38,989 bases of DNA, from contig JWZX01003177.1 of assembly GCA_001275005.1 (NCBI GenBank), positions 1-38,989 of the forward strand, in the 5' to 3' direction. This DNA comes from Chrysochromulina tobinii (taxonomy: Eukaryota). The notes under the pieces are model-generated. The model searched no databases. It had not been told where the DNA came from and saw only the letters and a program-made list of their open reading frames with translations. A program made the translations under genes and the position numbers. Positions 10,774 through 20,800 of this stretch are shown here, one piece after another; positions within the stretch are counted from its first letter, which is position 1, and each line of letters begins with the position of its first letter.

Positions 10774-11294
10774 AGCCAGGCGAACTTAGGTTGATCCGAA
10801 GGGGGCGTTGGGCCGGCGCGATCCCGCGTCGCCACAAGGATCGCATTTGAATGTAGCACGCTCGGCTCGAGACACGATCTTGTGGTGACGATGCGCACTT
10901 GCCAGATGAACGATGATGTTGTTGTTCGAAAACCATCCGATCCTCCGAGCTCCGAACCTCCGTACCGGTATATAACGATGATATTTCGTTTGATTTAATT
11001 TTTGATGGTGCATGTCGGTGGGGGCTGCATGTCGCCACGCCAAGAGTGTGCGTGGACCCTTTTGCATTATTACTACTACGAATCACTCCTGACGAACGGA
11101 AATCGAACGACCCCGTCAGGCATGTTGCTTTTCCGGACGAGAACGGCCCTTTCAGCTATATGCTCGTGCGGAGCTTGTCAACCGTGAGAAAGGTTCGCGT
11201 CGATCCGCACGTACAAGTAGTGGCGGCACCGGTCCCGGTTCCGGTTCCGGTGGTTAGCGTACCGGTGTCGCCGCCGGTGCAGGCTCACAGTGCC

Positions 11295-13850
11295 TCACTC
11301 CACCGTCTTGGACGATGGGTCATTCCACTTCAAGAGCTCGTCGATGCAGGCAGCGTCGCGAAGCAGCCACCCGACACGCGGATCCCGCTGCTGCGACGGA
11401 TGTGAAATCGGTGGCTTGCCCATGGCCACAAGAGCAGCTTCCAATCGTGCAGCGTCCACCTCCATCCAAGCACCTCCCACAGCATTCGCAGCGGCGGCGA
11501 CAAGTGCATTGGCGGCCGCCTTGGCGGCTCTGCCAGAGGCCTTGGCCGCCACGTGATTAGCCGCACGTGTGCGCGATTCGGCCGTGACAAGGGAGGCCGC
11601 AGGCTGCAGCTTGCGCCGCCGCAGTCGCTCTTCTGTCGCATGGTCGTCGATGGCGACAATCTCGGACTTGTCGCATGGAAGCGCGCGCAGCCGTTCAAGT
11701 GCACGCTCCTCACGGGCAACGGCCCCAATCGCGGCTGATGTCCCCACAGCGCCCGCGCCTCCAGATACTGCCAACCGTCGCCCCTGCTCATCCAGGTCCG
11801 ACAGGCCCGGGGTCGCTCCAACGAGACTGGCGGCGCGAGCGAGCTTGGCAGCACTCTTGGCACCGCTACGGAATGGTGTGTTCCGACCCCCGCTGCCGCC
11901 GCCGCCGCCTCGTCCGGCTCCACCGCCACCCGCGACTCGGCCGCCGCTGGCGCTCGCACCGCCGCGGGGGGCGAGGGTGAGCAAACCGGGAAGGCCTCCC
12001 GTGCCATTACTCTCCACGCCGCACGCGAGCGCCTCGCCCGTCCGTCGCGCCGCGCGCCACAACGCCCGCTGCGCGCGGAGCCCTGCGCCCCCTCGACTGC
12101 GATTTTGGAGGGAGCGGAACAGCCTTGCGAGAGTGTCATTCTGGGAGGCCACGCGCTGCAGCTCTAGCGTGGTGGCGTACTCGAGCTGCCAGCACGCGCG
12201 CGGCGGCACCCACGCGCAGCGGCGCTCGCCGCGCCGTCGGCGGGTCTCCTTCCAATTATTCCCCACAGCCGCCTCCACTTGCTCGCAAGGTAACTCGGGC
12301 ACCACTGGCACGCGCCCAAGCAATGCGGCGAGCAGCACGAAATTGCCCACGAGGGTCTGTGCTTCCGAGGCCGGGGTGATGGCACGCTCGGCAGCGCGTC
12401 CCGTGGCCCGAAGCACGTTCGAAGGTGAGAGGGTGAGCCAACCGCGCCGCGCGCCCCAATGCAATTCGGTGGCGGCGAGCCGATCGGCTCGTGGATGCCA
12501 CCATCCGTGCGCCCGCAGCACTGCCCGCCGCTGCCAGGCGCCCTGGCGCAGCGCCGCGAGATGCACCATGTAGACGGCTGGCAGCCCGCTGAAAGTCCCA
12601 AACGGCCTCGGCTCTTCCTCGAGCGTGTACGGCGGCGTCGGTTCGCGCGCATCTGCCGCGGCCGCGGCGTCGATGGAGGCGCGCGATTGCGGCCGATGCG
12701 CATCCCGAGGGTCGAAGTGCGTGTAGTGCTGGAAGAGCCAATTGGGCGCCTTCGCGTACCGTGAGAGGGGAGCGCCACCCGGCGTGTGCGGGGCCATGGC
12801 GGCGGGCCTGAGCTCGGGCGGTGGCATCGAGAGGTTCCACGAGTTCAGGTGCGAGGCGAGCACGGAGACGTTAGCCCGAGAGCCGCGTGGACTCCACTGG
12901 CACAGGCGCAGCCCACGCGGATCGCCGCACGAAGGCGCCACAAAGGCAAGCCGTTGGGTGCGCTCGCGCACCATCTTCATCAGGCTCGCCTTCGTGCGTG
13001 ACTCCGGCGTATTCTCCCAACGAAAAGAGCGGTTATGCTTCTTGATGCCGCCATACTTCATCTCCATGATGGCGGTCGAGAAGATGTAGCACGGACGGCG
13101 AGTGATGGCCGATGCGAGCACGTCGTTCAGAATCGACTGCTCGTCTGCATTCGAAAAGTAGGGCGGCTGCGCCCACGATACCACCGACGGCACCGCCTCC
13201 GGGTGGAACGAAAACGTGTGGATGCGCGCGACTGTCTCCCGAAGCACCCATGCGGCCGGGTCGGCGGCGCCGATGCGCTGCGCGTAGAGCACACCCGCAT
13301 TGGCGAGCGGCAGATCAGGCTGCACCACGAGCTGATGCGCCGCGAGCACGCCCGCCTTGAGTGCCGGGTACGGGTTTGCGAACCACGCGACGTCGGTGTC
13401 GGTCTGGATGACATTGTATCCTAGCTCGCCGGCGAGCCGACTGAGCATGTGCTTGCGCACGTTGTAAAAGTAGAAGCGCATGTCCCACCACTTTTTTACG
13501 AGCACCGAGTCGTGTGTCGGCTTGCTCGTGTTGATCACAGACGACCAGGCGCACGCAAGTGTGGGCACCGCGCGCTGCAACCGCTGGCATGCATCCGGCC
13601 CGTCGCTCACGTAGAGCACGTGGCGCAACCTCAGCGCGTAAAACTGCAGGACCGTATTGAGTGCGGTTGGAGACGCGTACGCGGAGCCGTCTCCGCACAC
13701 GAGAATGATCTCATTGCGATACGAAATCTCCTTGGCTGCGCGCTCGAGATGGCCAGGCAGATTGAGATCGGTGGCAAAGGAGGTGAAAGGCGGAAGTTTT
13801 CCCGCCGACTCGAAATAAGATGGTGGGATGATTGGCACAGTTGCTGCCAT
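11295..13850 (-). CDS. Nucleotide-diphospho-sugar transferase (GT77-like glycosyltransferase)
   Basis: LGYNVIQTDTDVAWFANPY (DxD), NAGVLYA and DEQSILND, plus the later LLAALLGRVPVVPELPC segment typical of algal GT77-like proteins. Confidence 0.8.
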   Translation of the reverse strand: MAATVPIIPPSYFESAGKLPPFTSFATDLNLPGHLERAAKEISYRNEIILVCGDGSAYASPTALNTVLQFYALRLRHVLYVSDGPDACQRLQRAVPTLACAWSSVINTSKPTHDSVLVKKWWDMRFYFYNVRKHMLSRLAGELGYNVIQTDTDVAWFANPYPALKAGVLAAHQLVVQPDLPLANAGVLYAQRIGAADPAAWVLRETVARIHTFSFHPEAVPSVVSWAQPPYFSNADEQSILNDVLASAITRRPCYIFSTAIMEMKYGGIKKHNRSFRWENTPESRTKASLMKMVRERTQRLAFVAPSCGDPRGLRLCQWSPRGSRANVSVLASHLNSWNLSMPPPELRPAAMAPHTPGGAPLSRYAKAPNWLFQHYTHFDPRDAHRPQSRASIDAAAAADAREPTPPYTLEEEPRPFGTFSGLPAVYMVHLAALRQGAWQRRAVLRAHGWWHPRADRLAATELHWGARRGWLTLSPSNVLRATGRAAERAITPASEAQTLVGNFVLLAALLGRVPVVPELPCEQVEAAVGNNWKETRRRRGERRCAWVPPRACWQLEYATTLELQRVASQNDTLARLFRSLQNRSRGGAGLRAQRALWRAARRTGEALACGVESNGTGGLPGLLTLAPRGGASASGGRVAGGGGAGRGGGGGSGGRNTPFRSGAKSAAKLARAASLVGATPGLSDLDEQGRRLAVSGGAGAVGTSAAIGAVAREERALERLRALPCDKSEIVAIDDHATEERLRRRKLQPAASLVTAESRTRAANHVAAKASGRAAKAAANALVAAAANAVGGAWMEVDAARLEAALVAMGKPPISHPSQQRDPRVGWLLRDAACIDELLKWNDPSSKTVE

Positions 13851-13975
13851 CCTCTAGCGCCCAATGCGCTCGGGCACCACCAGGTCCACCCGGAGAAGCG
13901 CCAATCGCGCGCGTCGTCTCCGCGACCGCACGCGGGAGGTCTGCGGCTGTGAACCGGGGTGTTAACCATTGACAT

Positions 13976-14126
13976 CAAGTCAAGTCAAGTCAAGTCATGA
14001 CGTGTCGCCTCTAGATGGATCCCCCTCCGCCATCTCCATCGACTCCCGTCCTCCACTGCTGGCTTCCGGAGCACATTCGATAGGCTTCCGTATGGTTGTC
14101 TGTTGTTTATGTATAGACTTGACTTG
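13976..14126. mobile_element. 151-bp non-coding insertion with inverted pentamer-repeat ends and an 11-bp target-site duplication (MITE-like or retro-derived)
   Basis: ACCATTGACAT occurs at 13965-13975 and 14127-14137. The left end is (CAAGT)4; the right end GACTTGACTTG is the reverse complement of CAAGTCAAGTC. Confidence 0.75.
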
Positions 14127-14380
14127 ACCATTGACATGAATTTAGATCATTTAGAAGCTATGCAAAACGCGTGTGGACTGGCTTTAACAAAAAAGCTCCA
14201 CTACGGCTTACGGCTTATTCGGCTGCCGACGACCGTGCTCACTAGACTGAGGCGCGCGGTCATGTGCGACGTGGGTTGTTTTTGGATGGCGTGTCATTTT
14301 AGGTACAATTGTAGTGTAGTATGAGAACTTCACGCAAAAGTTGGCCGTGTTTTGCGTAGGGGTCGAAGCAGGGTCGACCA

Positions 14381-15442
14381 TCACTCGGGCAAGTAGCCGA
14401 GCTGCACGAGCCGCCGCGAGCGCAGGAAGCCGACCATTATGTAGCGCAGCCCGCCCGTGCAGGGCACGCTCGCATGGCGGAGTCCGCCGTAGTGTGAGAG
14501 CATCTGGCCGCGTTGCGGCGCGTAGACCACCTCATCCTCCGTGTGTGCATTCGGCGGGAACCGCGTGCCGCCACCTTCAAAGGTGCTTGGGTCGGAGAGG
14601 AGGATGTTGAACGAGATGCCAAGCCCGTCGTCGTCGACATGGATCCCGAGGCCGCGCTCGCCCGGCGTGCCGCTGAATTTGAGGATGAACGTGTCGTACA
14701 GCCACAGCTCGCTCGCCTCGAGTCCAAACTGCGCCTCGAGCGTGGGTAATATCGTCTCCTCGCATCGGCGGTTGAGCCACTCGAGCAGCCGCGGCTCGTC
14801 CGCAACGAGCATGTCGGGGGCGCGCACCGCATTGGCGGCCGTGCCCGCCGGCGCGTACCGTGGCTGCCGGCACGCCCAGCCCCCTTTGGCCGTGTTGTGT
14901 GCCTCGGCGGTCGCGATCACCCAGTCACACTCCTCAGCAGTCGCCACATTGGTGAGACGCACGCCACCCAGACGGGACTGGATCACACTGGGACGCGTGA
15001 AAGGCGCGTTGGATGCGCGGCGGACGTTCGCGGAACCATCAGGGCGATAGCCGCTATAGCAGAGCGCCTGGTTGGGCTTGCCGGTGATCGCCTCAGCAGC
15101 TTGCAGGCTCGCAAAGGCCTCCTCAAAGCGGCCCAAGGCTCGAAGCACTTCGGCCAACGCGATATGCGCCGCGTCGTTATGCGACTGGAGGGAGGTACTG
15201 CGTTGCAATGCAAACGCGGCCGCTTCGAGGCGCCCCTTGCCATGCAGCAGCGTGCCGAGTTCCTGCCAGCTACGGGCATCTTGCGGGCTAAAGAACACAT
15301 CGCCGCAGGCTTTGAGAGCCGCGGCATATCCGCCGCCGCCCAAGCGACCCTCCTGCGCAGCTGTCGGCGCTGCCGCTGGTCGGAGGCTCGGCAGCAATGC
15401 GGCAGTGGACCACACGGCTGCAGCTAGGGCCAGCGCCGCCAT
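14381..15442 (-). CDS. TPR-repeat plus 2OG-Fe(II) dioxygenase (prolyl/lysyl hydroxylase-like) with signal peptide
   Basis: TPR-like WQELGTLLHGKGRLEAA and HIALAEVLRALGRFEEA. Fe ligands HVD and LRH; FEGGGTRF; 2OG-binding RYIMVGF. N-terminus MAALALAAAVWSTAAL is hydrophobic. Confidence 0.85.
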   Translation of the reverse strand: MAALALAAAVWSTAALLPSLRPAAAPTAAQEGRLGGGGYAAALKACGDVFFSPQDARSWQELGTLLHGKGRLEAAAFALQRSTSLQSHNDAAHIALAEVLRALGRFEEAFASLQAAEAITGKPNQALCYSGYRPDGSANVRRASNAPFTRPSVIQSRLGGVRLTNVATAEECDWVIATAEAHNTAKGGWACRQPRYAPAGTAANAVRAPDMLVADEPRLLEWLNRRCEETILPTLEAQFGLEASELWLYDTFILKFSGTPGERGLGIHVDDDGLGISFNILLSDPSTFEGGGTRFPPNAHTEDEVVYAPQRGQMLSHYGGLRHASVPCTGGLRYIMVGFLRSRRLVQLGYLPE

Positions 15443-15603
15443 GCTCGCGGAATACGAATCGCGGCGTTCACACAAAAGGAATCACCTCAAAAACTCAATC
15501 TCGCGGCGGGTCTCGGGGGCTTGGAGAAGGGTGAAACTTGGGCCCGCTATGAGCAGAAGGCGCGAGTCACAAGTTTGGGTGAATGAAAGCGATTAAAAAT
15601 TAT

Positions 15604-15667
15604 GTACAGTACCGGGTACCTTGCGCGCCGGTCAAGCGTACTGTACGTCTGTACCCGGTACATGTAC
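15604..15667. promoter_or_regulatory. Cluster of 8 GTAC palindromes in a divergent intergenic region
   Basis: GTAC at 15604, 15609, 15616, 15638, 15643, 15651, 15658 and 15664. A regulatory function is inferred only. Confidence 0.35.
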
Positions 15668-15960
15668 CTCCGCGCGGCCCGGTCGACGCGGAGGAGACGC
15701 CGTCAACGATGCCGCATGCCGTCGGGCCCGCGTGCCCTTCCCTCGTCGAGGCTTGAGTGTTATATGGGACCATTTACCAACAACTGAACTGAACCCACAC
15801 AGTTAACACCGCCACTGCCCTCTCCTGTTGTACCGGGTTGCGTGTTCTTCGAGGCTGTACGTCTTCCATCTGCGATTAGGAAATCTATTCATAGGAACTC
15901 TTCCTCACGCGCGCGCCGGTGTGAAAAGAAAAGCGCCCTCACATCACAGCGACCAGGACC

Positions 15961-17151
15961 ATGAGTGCGACCACGAGAAAGGCGCGCGTGGCCGTGGTGG
16001 GTTGCGGCGGCTGGACCCAAGGCTGGCACCTACCTAACCTCGCGCATCGCACCGACGCTGAGGTTGTGGCCGTCGTTGACCCGACAGAGCAGCCGGGCGT
16101 CGGCGGCTGCGTGCCAAGCATCTGCGCGCCCATGCCCGAGGTCGCTGCCAAGTATTCAGCGCGCTGGTACAAGAGCATCGAGGAGGTGCTCGCGGATAAT
16201 GACGAGCTCAAGCTGGACGGTGTACTATGCGCAGCTCCGCACCAGGTGCACGCCAAAGTTGGCACGGCCGTGCTCGAGGCAGGGCTGCACCTGCTGATGG
16301 AGAAGCCGATGACTGCGGACACCACGGAAGCTCGAATGCTGCTCGACCTGGCGCGCTCGCGACCCACGCAAGCGTTTCTGCTCAACAACACGGCCAACTG
16401 GCAGCCCGGCACAGTAGCTGCCTACGAGGCAGTCGCTGCTGGCAAGCTCGGCGCCATCCGGCACGTGAACGCCGTCTTCGCGGCACCGCTCGAGTGGCTC
16501 TTTGGTGGTGACACGTGGTGGGCAAAGCCACAGGGCTCCATGGTGGGCAACGGCTTCGGCTGGGGGCAGCTTTCGCACACGTTTGCGTGGATCTTCAAGG
16601 TGACGAACCTCACGCCCAAGGCCGTCTTTGCCGTGACGCAGGCGTCCGAAAAGACGGGAGCGGATCTGTACGACGCAATCACGATCACATGCACCAACGG
16701 CGCGACCATCTCGGTCACAGGCGTGGGTGCTTGCCCCGACAAGGGCTTCAAGGTCCTAGGCAATTGGATCTTTGGGACCGAGGGCATGATGAGCTATTCC
16801 GGGCTGGCGGGTAGCGACAACGTCAAAATCTCTGCTGAGCAAGTTGCGGCGGAAGGTGGCAAGCGTGCGACGCCGCATCTCGAGCTCTGGCGCAATGACG
16901 GCACGCACGAGCTCGGGCCGCCGGTGGAATTCGAGCACCTCGACCAGGTGGCGGCGCCCGGCAGCATGGACGCCTGGCTCAAGGCGTGCCTAGGACAGGA
17001 GTACTTCGTTGGCGCAGGGCCCCTCGAGGGTCTCAAGTCCGTAGCGACCATCGAGGCCATGTACCGCAGCGCGCAGTCGGGCCAAATGGAGCAGGTCCGC
17101 GGCTGCGAGGGCCTCGAGGCCAGTATGGTTCAAGGCGTGGTCGTCCATTGA
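15961..17151 (+). CDS. Gfo/Idh/MocA family NAD(P)-dependent oxidoreductase
   Basis: Rossmann motif RVAVVGCGGW, DGVLCAAPHQVH, GLHLLMEKPM and C-terminal GLKSVATIEAMYRSA. Confidence 0.92.
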   Translation: MSATTRKARVAVVGCGGWTQGWHLPNLAHRTDAEVVAVVDPTEQPGVGGCVPSICAPMPEVAAKYSARWYKSIEEVLADNDELKLDGVLCAAPHQVHAKVGTAVLEAGLHLLMEKPMTADTTEARMLLDLARSRPTQAFLLNNTANWQPGTVAAYEAVAAGKLGAIRHVNAVFAAPLEWLFGGDTWWAKPQGSMVGNGFGWGQLSHTFAWIFKVTNLTPKAVFAVTQASEKTGADLYDAITITCTNGATISVTGVGACPDKGFKVLGNWIFGTEGMMSYSGLAGSDNVKISAEQVAAEGGKRATPHLELWRNDGTHELGPPVEFEHLDQVAAPGSMDAWLKACLGQEYFVGAGPLEGLKSVATIEAMYRSAQSGQMEQVRGCEGLEASMVQGVVVH

Positions 17152-17829
17152 GAGCACGACGACGCGCAAACAAGGGGCGCTTTGTCCAGTTCTACTCCTG
17201 TATCGGAGATGGCGCACGCCAGCAGAGAAGTTATCTACCATATCCGCAACCTCTTTTTTACCGCTACAGGAGGCGATAGACATCAGCGAGAGGATGCGCG
17301 ACGCTGGCCGCGCGAAGCGCGCGGCTGTGGTGGCGCAGCGCGCGGCCGGGGCCGCCGCTCCGCGCTCGCGAGCCTCGGGGCCGCGCGGACGGACGCGGGG
17401 GCCGTACGAGCCGAGATTCACCTCACGCTGTCAGCCGGGGTGGTTCTGGGGTAGTGGCGCCACGGCGCTCGCGTGTACGCGCGGCCGCAGCTACCGCTGC
17501 TGCTAACTGCGGCCCGATTAGCACTATCCGAGGTTACTCTAGGCACTAGGGAGTGAAGGGAGGCGAGGCTCTCGATGAGTCGAAGTCTCGTCTACGGGCC
17601 GGAAGGATTTCGCCTAGGGCCCACACCCCCAGCTCTTGGTGTACCTTTTTTTACGGCCTGTGTGTAGCACGGTTGTGTCGGCCATGCCTCCGTCCATGCG
17701 ATAGCGGCTTCCTTGCTCTGGAGTTGAGCGTTGTGTTGAACAGCAACAGCTGTGTCGTAAGCTGTGTTCATTCGCGCCCGAGGACTCCCGCGAGGTTCAC
17801 CGCGTCGGACGACGGTCGCTTGGAAAGAA

Positions 17830-20800
17830 ATGGCCGAGACCGTGTCGCAGGGCGAGCCCTTTCCCGAGCCGCCCCTCCTTGAGGTGCTCGACGCTCGCGG
17901 CGAGCCCGTCGATACTTGCATCCTCGACCTTGCAGAGAAGGACACCGGCCCGCCGTGGCTCTTCTCGGTCGGCCGCCAAGCATCCTGCGATGTTCCCATT
18001 GACCACCCGTCGGTCGGCGCGCACCACCTGGACGTGGCCTTCACCATGCTGGGTGGAGTTCTCTGCATCAAGCTCGTACCCGTCGATCACGCCAACCCCA
18101 CCAAGATCAAGAGCATGGTGCTGCCGCCGGGGAGACGGTTCACTGTCCGCTCTCAGCAAGTCTTCAAGGTCGGTGACGTGAGCTGCCGCATCGTGCTGCC
18201 CATGCAGCCGAGCTCGCCGACATCGGCGCTGTCTGGGGGTTACCCCTTCTCGGCGGAGGTCGCCTCTGCAAGCATGCCACCGACGCCTGCAGTGCAAATC
18301 GAAGCAGACAGCTCTGCCGTTCAGGCTGGCGGCAGCACACAGGGCCAGGGCTACAGCGAGCAGATGCGGGAGGAGATTGAACAGGCGGAGGACAATAGTG
18401 GCGGCGGTGCGACTGAGCTCGACGTTGCTGCCGCCGCTGCGGCAGCCGCGGCGCAGCTCACTGGCAGTGGCAGCAGCTGCGACGACGACGAGGATCGGGA
18501 CGGTCGAGAGGAGGAGGAGGAGGAGGAGGAGGAGCAGTTCGCCATGGGCGGCACGCAAGTGGTCGAGATGGGGTGTACGCAACTGGATGCGGCCGCACTG
18601 GCCCTGCAGTACGACGAAGACGATGCCCAGGTGGACGGGGCGGCAGCTGGCAGCGACGACGAGGATGGCGTCTCGTCTGTGGCGGAGGCCACGCGGGCAG
18701 CCGCATGGGACGGGGAGGACGACGGGGCAGTCACTGAGGAGGAGCCCGACCTGTCGCAGCTCAAGGTGGCGGCCGAGCCGGCGGCGGGTGTATCCTCGGC
18801 CGATGCGGAGCACGTCTTCGAAGCGACGCAGCCTGATCCTGCGGCCGTCGCGACGGCGCTCGATATGGCGCTTGGGAAGGCGCCGATGGACGAGATGGAA
18901 GAGATGGAAGAGGCGTACGCGGAGAGCGACGCTCCACTCTCCGGGCTGGGCGCGACGCAGCTCGAGGCCGCCGAAGTGGACGAAACTGCCGCGGAGGGCG
19001 CCGGCGACACGGCAACTGATGTGCCGATGCATGCGGCGCAGATGATGGAGCATGGCGCTGTCTTCGAAGCCGCACACGCTCGAGCTGGGCCGTCCGAGAC
19101 GGAGTGGGCGCCTACTGCAGCGCCGTGCGCGCCGGCGCCTTCCCCGGAGTGGGCGCCTGCTGCGCCACCAGCTGGCGCCGTGCCAGCACCGCTGCCGCAC
19201 GCTCCGGCTGCAGCCGCCGACGAGAATGTGACTCAGAGGTCTCCATTGGCAGAGCCCCAGGACACGCAGGAGGGCGTCGCCACCAAGGAGGCGGCGGCGG
19301 CGGCTGCGGCGAAAGCTGCGGTGGCTGAGGCTGTGGTGAATACGGCTGCTGCGACCCAAGTGGCCGACAGAGCAGCGGCCGCCTTAGCCATGGCTGTCGC
19401 GGCGGCCGCGGCCATGGCTGACACGAATAGCGTCGAGGAAGGGCCACAGGCGCAAGTGGACTCAATGGTCAGCCCCGGCGAGCTTGACGAGCTTCCGATG
19501 AGCAGCGAGCAGCTCATGAGCAGCCAGCAGCTCCTCGAATGCGAGCAGCTGCCCAACCATGCGCCCGCCAGCGGCGGTGCCCTGAGGCATGTCTCTCGCC
19601 AGTGCGCCAGCGCAGTCTGGCAAGAGAGTGGCGAGAGTGCCGTCTCGTCCCCGCCCGCGCCGGCGTCGACAGACTGCTGGTCGCAGCAGACGGATGCGGA
19701 GCTGGCTGCGCTTGGCATGCCTCAGTTGGGGGAGGGGCCTATGGAGCCTGCTGTCGCGAATGCAGCCAAGGGCGAGGCAACGAGTGGGGCGGCGGGGACG
19801 GCGGCCACCGCTTCGGCCGGGACGGTGGCGAACGCGGTGGGTGCTGGCGAGGGCCTCGGGTGCGATGAGAAGCTCTCTCAGGGCATGTCGCAAGGGAGCG
19901 TCTTCGGGGTTGCAACGGGGCTGCAGCCACAGGCGAGCTCCGTCACCACCGCCACCACCGCGGCCGCCGCCGCCGCCGCCGCCGCCGCTGCTGCTGCTGC
20001 GTCGTACACGCACAGCCCTAGTGGACTCAGAGGCTCACCCGAAAACGCGGTGTGGCACCCCGCCTCTCTGTTCGGCGGCGATGAGTCGGCGTCACAGCAG
20101 CCCGAAGCCGAGGCGGCGGGGGCGGAGGTGACGCGAGCGGCAGAGCTGGTGGAGGCGGCTTCAGAGAGCGTGGCGGGCGAGTCGGCCACGCCGGCGGCCA
20201 GCCAAGAGAGCGCGGCGTACCCAAACAGCTTCGGCGACGATGATGCAGGTGGATTGGAGGAGGACGACAACGCTGGCGCAGACGGTGCCGCGATGCATGC
20301 AACGGATCAGAAGGAGGGGGAGCGAGCGGAGGGGATAGATGAGGCGCAGGAAGCGACGGTGGCAGAGGAGGTGGCGGCGGCGGCGGCGGAGGCAGGCGAG
20401 GCAGACGAGGCAGATGAGGCAGAGGAGGCTGAGGAGGCAGAGGAGGAGATGCCAGAGGTGGAGCAGAACGCGACCATCGATTATGAAATGGAGGACGTGG
20501 ACAATGGGGCTGCACCGTATGTGGCCAGCCAAGGCCCCGCCTTTTCGCAGCGCAACCCAAACTTTTACGGCGACCCCGAGCTTGTCCATCGCGGCGACTT
20601 CTATGCACGCGGAGAGGTGCAGGACGATGAGGAGGGCGAGGTTTCCGAGGAGGAACGACGGGCGGCCGAGGATAATCACGCGAGCACGCCGGGCAGCATG
20701 GGCGGCAGCATGCCACCGCCGCCGCAACAGAAGCCTCGAGAGCCACGTGCGTCAGAGGCCGCCGGGCGCATTCCTGAGACTCCCGAGCATGGGGTAGGCC

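Noticed and set aside
11229..11280. (ccggtt)n-like hexamer run in a convergent intergenic region
   Set aside because: Short low-complexity sequence with no further structure.
13976..13996. (CAAGT)n as an interstitial telomere or spliced-leader relic
   Set aside because: It does not match TTAGGG-type telomere repeats, and it shares only TCAAG with the dinoflagellate spliced leader.
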